Positions 9,893-21,012 of a stretch of DNA of 64,000 nucleotides are shown here, in pieces (position 1 is the first letter of the stretch; each line of letters begins with the position of its first letter). A program made the translations under genes and the position numbers. The stretch is from assembly GCA_963770835.1 (NCBI GenBank), contig CAVYRH010000004.1:352001-416000 (forward strand), given 5' to 3'. The notes below the pieces were generated by a model. That model did not search any database. It was not told the origin of the DNA and saw only the letters and a list, made by a program, of their open reading frames with translations. This DNA is from an uncultured Pseudomonadota bacterium (GTDB taxonomy: Bacteria; Oederibacteriota; Muellerivitia; Muellerivitales; Muellerivitaceae).

Positions 9893-11818
9893 TCAAATCC
9901 CCGACAGTTTTCGTTGGGCAGGGGAATACCTGGGATTCAATTCCAAAGCCCTTTGATAACAAAGCCGGGCCAGGTCCATGCGGCCCAACCTCTCGTAAGT
10001 CGCGCCCAGATTGAAGCAGACTTCAAAATAACGGCCCCCGGTGCGGCGGAGCATTTCCAAAAAAAAGGACCGGGCCACGTCAAAACGCCCATTCTCGTAA
10101 GCGAAGGCGCCCAGCCGGAAAAGGGGCATGGGGTAATCCTGCGGGATGACAAAGCCCGAAAGCCAGTCTGAAACGGGAGTGAGGGGTTTCGCGGCAAGGT
10201 CCGTGAGGATGTAATCGGGCGGAGGGGTTTGTAATCCCCATTGGCCCAGGAGACTCTCCCAAGACGTCGGCCCCAGATCGGGGCGGTAATCCGCCCGGGT
10301 ATAAAGCGCGTCCTCGGCGTCGAAGTAAAGAAGCCGCCATTGGGGCATGGCCCGCAATTGGGTGGTCCAAGGCGTATCCATCATGTGGTTGGCGAGGACC
10401 AGTTGAACCCCGTCGGCTGAAAGAAGACCCCCGAGTTCTCCCGGATAAAAACTGTCGCGGTATTGCGCAAAAAGGGGCTCGCCCATGGTTTCCAGCCGCC
10501 CGTCGATGAAAACCGGCGCGGGCCTCTTCCAGACGAGCCATCCCCCGTAGCTCAGGTCGTTGAGAACCCGGCCATCCAAATGGTTTTGGACCATGTATTC
10601 GGCGGCCTTGACGGGAAACCGTTCCGGGTCCATACCCAGCCCGGCATGGAGCATCCGACGGTCGGAAATGTAATAGGCCCGGGTCAAAACCCTCGCCCCC
10701 GTCAACAGGATGAAAAGCGCCAGGAGGAAAGCCAAAGCCTTGTTCGATTCCAGACGCTCGCTCCCGGCGCGGGACCAGGGCCGGCTCGAAACCCATTCGG
10801 TGAGCGAGGCCGCCGCCACGGGCAGCGTGACCCAGAAGAAAAGCGGAATATTCCGGATGGCCGCCAGGGACAAGCCGAAAAAAGCCCCCACCAGCAGAAG
10901 CTCATGGATTTTCCTCCGGCGGAAAGAAAGCCAAACCACCCCCAAAAGGACTAGGCTGATTATCCGGTAAGTGTCGATGGGAAGGGCCGGCAAGAATGAC
11001 GCGGAAGGGTCCTGCAGAATGGACCAAGGCGGTTGCAATTCGGAGATGTATTGCTTGAAGACATTGGAGCTTGTGATCGTGGCAAAAAGCCGGAAAGGGA
11101 AGACGACCCCTTTCCAAAAATAAGGGTTCAGGAAACCCGCCGCGCAGGCCAAGAGGCTATACCACAGCAGGGTCCGGTCCAAGCGCCGCTCGTGGAACCA
11201 TCCGCTGAAAAGATAGGCGCCCATGACAATCCAGCCCAATATAAAAAGGCCCTCGATATTGACCCAAAGAAGCTGGAGCAGGGGAAGCAGGTAAAGAAAA
11301 TTCCGGTTATGGTTCCAGCGAAGGTCGAGGACAAGGAGGGTGAGCCCGAGTAGCACCCAGGAAACAATTTCCGGCCGGTCCAAGAAGCGGATTTCCACGG
11401 CGATGACGGCGGGTAAAAGCAAAAGGACGCAAATCCAAAGGGGTGCTTGGGCCAACCGCATCCGAAAGAAAGTAAGGCCAAAGGTTACCAGGATGAGCAG
11501 AAGATGGACCAGGCCGATGGCCTGGTAACTCCCAGCCCGGTAAAGCAGGTAACAGGCGACCTGGTAAAGCCAATGGGGGTCCTGGTAGTCGTTTTGGCTG
11601 GCGGTAAAAGTAAAATTATCCTTTTGGGGAAAAGCATGGTTTTGGAGGATCCATTGGCCCGCCCTTAGGTGAAAGCCCATGTCGTAATCGATGTTTTGCC
11701 GGAAAGCGAAGAGGAACACGAGGATGAAACAAGCGGCGATGGGACATATCCAAGGATTAGATAAAATTTTAAATTTGGAATTCTGAATTTTAAATTGGGA
11801 GAAGCTTGTCGCTGTCAT
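9893..11818 (-). CDS. Multi-pass membrane protein (GT-C glycosyltransferase-like) with C-terminal TPR
   Basis: DMGFHLRAGQWI, RPE, WVN.EG, FIDGR motifs; many TM helices; terminal TPR. Confidence 0.7.
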   Translation of the reverse strand: MTATSFSQFKIQNSKFKILSNPWICPIAACFILVFLFAFRQNIDYDMGFHLRAGQWILQNHAFPQKDNFTFTASQNDYQDPHWLYQVACYLLYRAGSYQAIGLVHLLLILVTFGLTFFRMRLAQAPLWICVLLLLPAVIAVEIRFLDRPEIVSWVLLGLTLLVLDLRWNHNRNFLYLLPLLQLLWVNIEGLFILGWIVMGAYLFSGWFHERRLDRTLLWYSLLACAAGFLNPYFWKGVVFPFRLFATITSSNVFKQYISELQPPWSILQDPSASFLPALPIDTYRIISLVLLGVVWLSFRRRKIHELLLVGAFFGLSLAAIRNIPLFFWVTLPVAAASLTEWVSSRPWSRAGSERLESNKALAFLLALFILLTGARVLTRAYYISDRRMLHAGLGMDPERFPVKAAEYMVQNHLDGRVLNDLSYGGWLVWKRPAPVFIDGRLETMGEPLFAQYRDSFYPGELGGLLSADGVQLVLANHMMDTPWTTQLRAMPQWRLLYFDAEDALYTRADYRPDLGPTSWESLLGQWGLQTPPPDYILTDLAAKPLTPVSDWLSGFVIPQDYPMPLFRLGAFAYENGRFDVARSFFLEMLRRTGGRYFEVCFNLGATYERLGRMDLARLCYQRALELNPRYSPAQRKLSGI

Positions 11819-11879
11819 GAAGGAATTTTGCTGGGCAAGATTTCGCTGTGGACTGTCGACTGTGAACTGCCAACTGGTT

Positions 11880-12107
11880 TTAGGATTGGGCTTGGGCGAG
11901 GACTTCCTTGAAATCCTGGAAGACGGCGGGCTGGACCACGGGAGCCGCGTCGGAGCCTTGATAATAGGTTTCGGCTTCCCCGAAACCCTTCAGCTGATAT
12001 TCCACCGCGCCCTCCACGTTGGCGTATTCGGTCGCCTGACCTTCCGGTTTAGGGAATTCCTGGAACTCGTAAGGGAAGGCTTCCTCAGGGCTGGCAAAGG
12101 CGTTCAT
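11880..12107 (-). CDS. Small acidic hypothetical protein (75 aa)
   Basis: ATG with upstream GGAGAGG; GC3-biased codons. Confidence 0.6.
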   Translation of the reverse strand: MNAFASPEEAFPYEFQEFPKPEGQATEYANVEGAVEYQLKGFGEAETYYQGSDAAPVVQPAVFQDFKEVLAQAQS

Positions 12108-12285
12108 GGGGCTATAGTAACCTCTCCGCTGAACCTTGAAAACACTTCTTTTAACCCTTTTGTAACGGAAACAAGGGGGAGTAAAACCAAAAACCCAAAA
12201 AGACCCCGGACTTGCTTGCGGCTTTTAGGAGGCGGCAGGTAGAATTTCCCATCTTTTTATCCATATCCAACTTCGAGGGGGAGAA

Positions 12286-12840
12286 ATGAAAAAGGCCATC
12301 CTGTTTTTTTTAATTTTGAGCTTGGGAGTTTCATCCGCTTTCGCCAAAAGTCACAAGGCCGATTCCAGTGATACGGATACCGCAACGAATAGCGACCCCC
12401 TTTATTTCGGCATCGGCACGGGCGCCGATTTTCCGGGTTCCAATTGGGATTCAACTTATTACGTGGGCGGCGGGGCCAATCTCTTCGGCGGTTATGAGTT
12501 GGACAAGAACCTTGCCGTCCAGCTGGACGTGGAGGAGTGGTTCTTCACGGGCGGCGGTACCTCCCTTTACAACCTGCGGACGATGATCGAGGGCAAGTAC
12601 AGCTTCGACGGCCAGGGCTGGCAGCCTTATGTGCTCCTGGGCCCGGGCCTGGTGTTCCAGAACCTGTCCCCGGCGGGTGATTCGACTTCCAACTTCGACG
12701 CGCTTGGCGGCCTTGGGGTTCAGTTTGATTTGGCCCCCAAGACCCATCTGTTCCTGGAAGCCAAATACAACTTCATCATGAGCCAGACAACGACTTTCTC
12801 GGATATTCCCATTAGCGCCGGGTTGTGGGTGGGACTGTAA
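12286..12840 (+). CDS. Outer-membrane beta-barrel (OmpA/OmpW-like transmembrane domain) protein
   Basis: Signal peptide; about 8 amphipathic strands; PYVLLGPG, GLGVQF, LFLEAKY. Confidence 0.82.
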   Translation: MKKAILFFLILSLGVSSAFAKSHKADSSDTDTATNSDPLYFGIGTGADFPGSNWDSTYYVGGGANLFGGYELDKNLAVQLDVEEWFFTGGGTSLYNLRTMIEGKYSFDGQGWQPYVLLGPGLVFQNLSPAGDSTSNFDALGGLGVQFDLAPKTHLFLEAKYNFIMSQTTTFSDIPISAGLWVGL

Positions 12841-12910
12841 AATCAGGTAACGGTTGGCAGTTCACAGTCGACAGGAACGGCGCCAGGATAAATCGATCAA
12901 GGAAGAAACC

Positions 12911-13819
12911 ATGAAAAAGGCATTGGCGGTCATCCTGCTTTCGGCGGCAGTCCTTTCGCTCCCGGCCGGTTGCGGGAAAAACCTGACTCCTGCCTCTCCC
13001 GCTCCTCCCTCTCAAGTCCTGTCCTACAGCCTGGATCACTTTTTCGGCCAGTCCGGCTCTATCACCATGGACGGGCCCATCGGGGTCGGGATCTCCGGAA
13101 ACACCCTGTGGGTCGCCAACTTTTTCGGCCAAAACCTGGAAGCCTGGACCCTCTCCGGCGTTGGTTCCCTGCAGTTCAGCTCTTTCAACAGTGGTGTAAC
13201 CTTTGATGATCCCTACGGAGTGACGGTCGGCCCAGACGGATTCATTTACGTGACCGAGGAACTTCATTACCTGGTCGATGAATTCTCCCCGGACGGGGCC
13301 TATGTGACCAATATCCCCCAGCCTGGCACCAGCACCTCGGATGGCGTGGCGGTCAACGGCTCCAACCTTTATGTGTCGGATTTTGGGGACGCCCGCGTCT
13401 ACAGGTATTCCATCAGCGGAACGGAGTATTCCAAAACCTTTTCCATGGCCGCCACCTTCGGCACCAGCGGGGCCGGGGCCTTGCTGGAGAATGTTGGAAT
13501 GTGCCTGGACGCCTCGGGCAAGCTCTACGTGGCCGATTACGGCCACGGCCGCGTGGCGGAATACGACGCCGGGGGCAACTACCTCGGCCAGATCACGGCC
13601 GGGCTTTCAGTCCCCCGGGCCGTGGTGGTGGATCCGGCAGGAAACTTGTTCGTGTCGGACAGCGGCAACTCGAACATCCAGGTTTTCAACTCGGCGGGGA
13701 GCCCTGTCACCCAGTGGTCCTCCTCCGTCCATCCCGACGGTCTGGCCATGGATAGCGCCGGCAATCTCTACGTCAGCGACGGCCTCCAGAGTGAAGTCGT
13801 TGTTTATAAGAAGAATTAA
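12911..13819 (+). CDS. NHL-repeat lipoprotein
   Basis: Lipobox LPAGC; P.GV.V..DG.IYV.D repeats. Confidence 0.85.
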   Translation: MKKALAVILLSAAVLSLPAGCGKNLTPASPAPPSQVLSYSLDHFFGQSGSITMDGPIGVGISGNTLWVANFFGQNLEAWTLSGVGSLQFSSFNSGVTFDDPYGVTVGPDGFIYVTEELHYLVDEFSPDGAYVTNIPQPGTSTSDGVAVNGSNLYVSDFGDARVYRYSISGTEYSKTFSMAATFGTSGAGALLENVGMCLDASGKLYVADYGHGRVAEYDAGGNYLGQITAGLSVPRAVVVDPAGNLFVSDSGNSNIQVFNSAGSPVTQWSSSVHPDGLAMDSAGNLYVSDGLQSEVVVYKKN

Positions 13820-13883
13820 GGCCTTCGCCCGTACCGAACACCATTATTACAACCAAACGAATTTTTAGGACCGTGGGAAATCC

Positions 13884-14714
13884 ATGAAAAAGGCATTGGC
13901 GGTCATCCTGCTTTCGGTGGTGGCCCTATTGCCGCTGGCCTGCGGGAAAAACCTTTCGCCAACGACAACACAAACCATCGTGGTGGTTATTCCCACCAGC
14001 ACTCCATCCCTTCCCGGCCTGGATATTGCGGGCCCGACGACGATTACCACCGGCCTCTACAATTACAGCTACGTCCATGTCCACCCCGGTGGGGTGCTCC
14101 AACTGGAAGGCCCGGCAGGCGGTGAAAACGCGTCGGTGGTCTTGAACCATTCCGGATATTTTGCCGTGGATTCGGGGGCAACCGTTATCGGAGACGGGGT
14201 GGGCTATCCATCCTGCCAGGGGCCGGGGGCTCCGGTGAGTTGCGCGGTATCCCACGCGGGCGGGGGTCACGGCGGGACCAGTGGAACAGATGCCGGAAAC
14301 GATACCCGCGGGGCCGTCAATGACAACCCGCTTTCCCCGTCGTTGATGGGAAGCGGTGGCGGTGATAACGGGCCAGGTTACGGCGGAGCCTTTTTCGAGG
14401 TGTATGCGCCCAATGGGGCCGCCACCCTGAACGGTTTTATCAGCGTGAACGGCGCACAAGGATCCGCGGGCGGGTCGGGTGGCGGAGCGGGTGGAGCCCT
14501 TTTCATCCAGGCGGATGACATCGCCGGTACCGGCACTTGTGAAGCCAACGGGGGCAATAATCAAGAAGCCAACGGGGCCGGAGGAGGAGGCATCGTCCTT
14601 TTCAAGGTCCACAACGGATACTTCTTCACGGGGCCGGTTTCGGTTTCAGGCGGCTACAGCGGCTTTTCACAGGGCCTCGGTGAGGCGGGAGCCTTCAACG
14701 TCGTTAATTTTTAA
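13884..14714 (+). CDS. Glycine-rich lipoprotein
   Basis: Lipobox LPLAC; GGGHGG, GSGGG, GGGAGG motifs alternating with beta strands. Confidence 0.78.
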   Translation: MKKALAVILLSVVALLPLACGKNLSPTTTQTIVVVIPTSTPSLPGLDIAGPTTITTGLYNYSYVHVHPGGVLQLEGPAGGENASVVLNHSGYFAVDSGATVIGDGVGYPSCQGPGAPVSCAVSHAGGGHGGTSGTDAGNDTRGAVNDNPLSPSLMGSGGGDNGPGYGGAFFEVYAPNGAATLNGFISVNGAQGSAGGSGGGAGGALFIQADDIAGTGTCEANGGNNQEANGAGGGGIVLFKVHNGYFFTGPVSVSGGYSGFSQGLGEAGAFNVVNF

Positions 14715-14853
14715 AGGGATGCTCGAAAAAAGTAGGGACCGCTGATCCCGGACGGCGCTCCCGTAATGCCTTCCCCCAAAATGTTTCCCGCCTCAAGGCG
14801 GCCCGAAGGCCGACTTTTTTATTGCCCGGCGGGCGCCAGCCCTGCGACCTTCC

Positions 14854-16313
14854 TTACTTCAAATCCTTCGAGCGGTCGGAATGGATCTTGAACGCGTCCA
14901 TGACCTCCTCGGTGGCCTGGTCCGCCTTCGAGGCGTCCAGGATGATCGTGGAACCCGACCAGTCGAAATCGTCGACCTCAATCACGTGGTAAGCCCCCAC
15001 CGGATTTTTGAAAGCCTCCACCAAGTCCCGCATGTCCGAAATGGGGCGCCCGTTGACCTTGGTGACGATGCAATTGGCCATATATTCATAGCCCTTGTTG
15101 ATTTCATGGGGGAGGACATGGCTCATCAGGACCACCTGCTCGCGGTCCGGTGAGGGCAGCCCATGGAAGAAAAGGTCCTGTAACTCGGGCTTGAAGGCGT
15201 CCCAACCGGCCGTGGAATAATAGTTGACCGTGAGGGGGACGAAAACGAACCCCGCCATGAGGAAATAGGTTGGTTGCCGCTTGTCCATCCGGTAATCCAG
15301 GAGGCGGGAAACGGGCTTCAAGGGCATCTTCACCTTCAAAGCCTCGCCGCCCCGCAGGATGTCCAGGTCCATGGATTGGCCGATGGAATAAAAGGTGGCC
15401 AGGTAGACCTCGGGCACCCGCCCCACCTTGTCCAGGTTGATGTAGCCCTTGTCGTCCACCGGATGCCCGTCGATGGCGGTCAGCACGTCCCCCACCTTCA
15501 AAACGCCGTCCGCCGAGCCCCCGTAAAAAATCGTGCTGATGATTTCCCCGGTTTGCTTGCGGGAAATCTTGTAATAGTCCCTCATGGAAGGGTTGTCCAG
15601 GTCCTGGGTGTAAAAGCCCAAATCGGGGAAGCCGCCGTAGGTTCCGCCGCCCTGGAGTTCCCCCAGGAACTTCTGCACCACGTTCACCGGGATGAGGGAG
15701 CCGGACTTATCGGGCTTGCCGCCCGAATCAAAGGGGATGCCGACGAATTTGCCTTCCTTAAAAACCGGGCATCCGTTGCTGGCGCCGTCGACCGTGGAAT
15801 TGGTCAAAAGGGCGGGCACCAGGCGGCCGCCCTCGCTGCCCCAAACCATGTCCATGCCCGAGAGGGTGTCTTCCTTGGTCGAGAGTTCGCTCCCGCCCTG
15901 AATTACCAGCTTGTCGCCCCTTTGGGGAAGGCCTCCGAACTCCACGGGCTGGGTGTCCTCGAAAAAGTCCGGGTCGTCCACGCTCAAGACGGCCAGGTCC
16001 AGGTCGTAACCCACTTGTTCCACCTTGGCCACGTAGCGGCGGGTTTGCTCGAATTTCTGCACTTCAATGTAGTTGGACCGGTTGACCAGGTGGGCGGTGG
16101 TGAGGATGCGGTGCCCCGGCAGGATAGTGCCGCAGCCCTGCAGCTGGGTTTCGGCGCCCGGCTTCCAGGGCTCGTAATAATCGGGGGTTTGCGTGGTGCT
16201 GTAGACGGTGACCACGCATTTCCTCAAGGATTCGTCGCGGCCAAAGGCCTGGGAGCAAAGGGCCCAAGCCGCCAATCCGCAGGCCCCCAGGACCGCTTTA
16301 TAAGAAGGCGCCC

Positions 16314-16317
<4 letters not shown>
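14854..16317 (-). CDS. Deg/HtrA-like (Deg2/Deg9-type) trypsin-PDZ protein, probably catalytically dead
   Basis: Paralog of the adjacent gene; TTAH and DLA present, but the GNSGG motif is replaced by GASNGC. Confidence 0.85.
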
Positions 16318-17843
<1,526 letters not shown>

Positions 17844-18018
17844 GGAATGGTTGCTTTCAATAATAAGGTTGGGAGTTCGCCAGCGAATGGGCCCCACGCT
17901 ATCCATCCCGCCGGGGTTTTTCAAGCCTAAACCAAGCCGGGTGGCGAGCCAGTTTGAATAAGGTAGCCATACCGTTAAGACAAGTAGTTACTTAAAGCCA
18001 TTAGGCAAAGGCGTTGAA

Positions 18019-18089
18019 ACCGCCGAAGGACGCCGAAACACGCCGATAAAATCTGGTTTTTCTGCGTCGGTCGGCGTCAATCGGCGGCT
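18019..18089. repeat. Palindromic short-period (10-nt) repeat element
   Basis: cgccgaagga-cgccgaaaca-cgccgat ... tcggcgtcaa-tcggcgg inverted arms. Confidence 0.7.
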
Positions 18090-18153
18090 CCAAATCTTAT
18101 TGGCCTAGCCGTCCCCGCCTGTTATTTGTTTCCCAAGGGATATTCGCCATTTT

Positions 18154-19908
18154 TTACCCGGAATGTTTTCCGCCGTTGCGTCCCAAGAATGTTTCCAACA
18201 GTTCCTGCAGGCGGTCCGGATCAACGGGTTTGAAAAGGATGGGAAACCCCAGGTCCTGCGCCTCGCGAAGCCTCTCCGGGGAAGTGTCCCCCGTCACCAG
18301 GGCCGAGGGAAGTTCCCGGTCCAGGACTATGCGGATCCTGCGGATAACATCGATCCCCGTTTCCCCCTCGCCCAGCCGGTAGTCGCACAGGAGGGCTTTC
18401 AGGTCATGGGAGGGCCCCAGGTATTCCAGGGCCCCGGCCATGGAGGAAGCCGCCAGGGGTTTCAGGTTCCAGGATTTTAAAAGCCCCGCGAGCCCTTCCC
18501 GGATGGTGCCGTCGTCGTCCACCACCAGCACGGCTTCTCCCTGGAAACGGGGAACGCGGTTTTTCCTTTTTCCCGGAAGGGTCTCCGGCGCGGCGGCCAC
18601 CGGAACCCGGATGGTAAAGAGACAGCCTTGACCGCGTTCGGGCGTTGAAACCACGGCCACGGGGTGGCCCAAGGCCTCCCCCAGGCTTTTCACAATGGAT
18701 AAGCCCAACCCCAGGCCCTGGGCCCGGTCCCGGCCCGGGTTCTGGATCTGGTAAAACTCCTTGAAAATATTCTCCCTTTCCCCCGGCGGTATCCCCGGCC
18801 CGGTATCGGAAACTTCCAACGAATAAACCCCGTCCTCTTCCCGGCAGTCCAGGCCCACCTTGCCGGCCATGGTGTAACGCACGGCATTGGACAAAAGATT
18901 GCGCAGCATGCGCGCCAAAAGGTCGGGGTCGCTCAGGGTCCATCCTTCGGGCAGGGAAGCGGAAAAGGCCAGGCCCTTGCGGCGGGCCAGCGGCACGAAC
19001 TCGGTTTTCAGTTTGGAAAAAAGCGGCCTAAAGGGGAAGGCCTGCAGCCGGGGCTTGAGCGTGCCGGACCCGGCCAGGGAAAGGTCCAGAAGGCCGTCCA
19101 GGAGGGAACTCAAGGCTTTGTGGGTGGCTTCCAACTTTTCAAAGGCCTGACTCCGGCGGGAGCCCTTTTTGCGTTCCCCCTTGAGCGCGTGCAGGAAAAG
19201 ACCCTGGGCGTGCAGGGGCTGGCGCAGGTCGTGGCTGGCCACGGCCAGGAACCGGGTCTTGGCCGCCAGGGCCTCCTCCACCTTGGCCTTTTCATCCCTC
19301 AAATTTTCCACCAGGTCCAGGTTCTCGGAACGCAAACGGTAGGTTTCCCTCAAGTTCCGGTTCCACAGGTGGGCGAAGGCCGCCAGCAAAAGAAAAAAGG
19401 GAATCCCACCCAAGCCCAGGGGCCGGCCCGGCAGGGGACTGCTGAAAAAAACGAAAGCGTAAGCGGCGGTCAGGGGAAGGCAAAAGGCGTAAAAGGCCGG
19501 AAGGTAGGGCGAAAAGATGATCAAGGCCCCGCAGCTGAGGATGGTCCCTTCCACGGCCAAGATCCCGAGGGCCAGGCTATGCCAGGCCAGCATCCAGGCC
19601 GCCCAAAGCAGGCCGCCGAAAAAAGCGCCGCCCCAAGCGTGCCGGGCCCAAACCTTGGGCGGGGTCTTGAAGCGCGAGGCCTCATCCTTAAAAAAGGCCG
19701 ACAAAGTCCAAACCCGCTGGGCGGTAAAGGCGGCTTGGACCGAAAGCCAAGTGACAAGGATCCAGGGCTCCACAAGGCCTCTATATAGAAGGGCCACCAA
19801 AAGGGCGTTCAGGACGTTAATGGGGACCAGGATGCGGCCATAACGGAAAACCGCCGACAATTGGGCGCCGAGGATCTTGGAATGCGAATCGGGAGGAAAG
19901 GAAGCCAC
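18154..19908 (-). CDS. Membrane hybrid sensor histidine kinase / receiver
   Basis: TM N-terminus; SHDLRQP H-box; NLLSNA, DTGPGI, GLGLGL; C-terminal REC (VVDDD, DYRL, KP). Confidence 0.93.
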   Translation of the reverse strand: MASFPPDSHSKILGAQLSAVFRYGRILVPINVLNALLVALLYRGLVEPWILVTWLSVQAAFTAQRVWTLSAFFKDEASRFKTPPKVWARHAWGGAFFGGLLWAAWMLAWHSLALGILAVEGTILSCGALIIFSPYLPAFYAFCLPLTAAYAFVFFSSPLPGRPLGLGGIPFFLLLAAFAHLWNRNLRETYRLRSENLDLVENLRDEKAKVEEALAAKTRFLAVASHDLRQPLHAQGLFLHALKGERKKGSRRSQAFEKLEATHKALSSLLDGLLDLSLAGSGTLKPRLQAFPFRPLFSKLKTEFVPLARRKGLAFSASLPEGWTLSDPDLLARMLRNLLSNAVRYTMAGKVGLDCREEDGVYSLEVSDTGPGIPPGERENIFKEFYQIQNPGRDRAQGLGLGLSIVKSLGEALGHPVAVVSTPERGQGCLFTIRVPVAAAPETLPGKRKNRVPRFQGEAVLVVDDDGTIREGLAGLLKSWNLKPLAASSMAGALEYLGPSHDLKALLCDYRLGEGETGIDVIRRIRIVLDRELPSALVTGDTSPERLREAQDLGFPILFKPVDPDRLQELLETFLGRNGGKHSG

Positions 19909-19947
19909 GCTAAACTCCTAATCGGGCTGAAAAGGTTCCCAGGCTCC

Positions 19948-20046
19948 AATTTTTAATTTTGAATTATGAATTTTGGTCATTATTGGATTCACTTGCGAAT
20001 CCAATAATTTCATTAATTTAAAATTTAACATTTAGAATTCACAATT
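19948..20046. repeat. Heptamer-period AT-rich inverted repeat with central 12-bp hairpin
   Basis: aattttt/aattttg/aattatg arms; ATTATTGGATTC-6nt-GAATCCAATAAT at 19979-20008. Confidence 0.7.
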
Positions 20047-20055
20047 AAGGTTTTC

Positions 20056-20670
20056 TTAGGCATTTCGCACCAGGCCCAGTTTGACGGCTTTAATGGAGGC
20101 CTCAGTGCGGCTGCGCGCGCCCAGGGCCTTGAGGATGGTGGCCATGTGGGCCCGCACGGTGTTCAAGGTGAGCCCCAGGGCGTCGGCGATTTCCTTATTG
20201 GCCTTGCCCAAAACCGCCTGGGCCAGGACTTCCCTCTGGCGCGCCGTCAGGACCGGGTTCATCCGGGGCCCAGGGGCCGGGGTTCCGGCCTTGGCCAGGT
20301 TCTTCGGCGGCCTCAGGAATTTTTTTAAGGACCCCAGCATTTCCTTGGCGGGGGAAGCTTTGGAAAGAAAGGCCGAGGCGCCGTGGTTCAAGCCTTCCTG
20401 CACCACTTCCGGGGAAGCCCAGGCCGAAACCAGGACCACGGGAAGGTCCGGGCGGGCCGCCTTCAGCCGCTTCAACCCCTCGAAGCCATGCAGGTCGGGC
20501 AATTGGAGGTCCAGCAGGACCAGGTCCAGCCCTTTGGCTTTTTCGGCCAAGGCCAGGCCCTCCCCGCAGCTCAAGGCCTGGGTCAGCCGGCAGTCCGGAT
20601 ATTGTTTCTTTAATAGAAGGGCCAGGCCGTCGCCGAAAAGCGCGTGGTCGTCGATGAGCAGGATTTTCAT
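20056..20670 (-). CDS. NarL/LuxR-family response regulator
   Basis: ILLIDDH, LLDLQLP receiver; LTARQREVL...NKEIA..L...TVRAH HTH. Confidence 0.95.
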   Translation of the reverse strand: MKILLIDDHALFGDGLALLLKKQYPDCRLTQALSCGEGLALAEKAKGLDLVLLDLQLPDLHGFEGLKRLKAARPDLPVVLVSAWASPEVVQEGLNHGASAFLSKASPAKEMLGSLKKFLRPPKNLAKAGTPAPGPRMNPVLTARQREVLAQAVLGKANKEIADALGLTLNTVRAHMATILKALGARSRTEASIKAVKLGLVRNA

Positions 20671-20716
20671 TCAAACCTCGAAACAGGATTAAAGCCCAAA
20701 ATCTAAAAGACTATTA

Positions 20717-20853
20717 GCCACAGATGAATGGGATACATGGGATAAACCAAAATCAGGATGGAAAAAAACTTTTAAAAAGGCATCCATCGGTTGAGCCGTC
20801 TTTTAAATTTTTTTGGGTTTGTGTCCATCCCATTCATCCCATTTATCTGTGGC
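20717..20853. repeat. Palindromic 9-nt-period repeat element (gccacagat family)
   Basis: gccacagatgaatgggatacatgggat ... atcccattcatcccatttatctgtggc; first 18 bp identical to the 50255 copy. Confidence 0.8.
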
Positions 20854-20914
20854 AAATTGCTTTTTCGGTTTGATTTTACGTTTGTCCGCGGCAGCTTGCA
20901 ACGCCAGGGGACTC

Positions 20915-20940
20915 GTCCTAAAGGACTAGTCCTAAAAGAC
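20915..20940. promoter_or_regulatory. Candidate tandem response-regulator binding site
   Basis: GTCCTAAAGGAC-ta-GTCCTAAAAGAC between the divergent NarL-type regulator and the NHL gene. Confidence 0.5.
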
Positions 20941-21012
20941 GAAAGACAGGGGAAAAAAGCCAGGCCTATACTCCGCGCGTTGGTTGAAAAAAGCCGGATG
21001 GGGAGGGTTCTC

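Noticed and set aside
20791..21012. N-terminal extensions in the ORF track (also 25009, 30276, 53270, 57890, 59395, 63038)
   Set aside because: They run through repeats, promoters or neighbouring genes; downstream starts fit RBS, signal peptide or domain boundaries better
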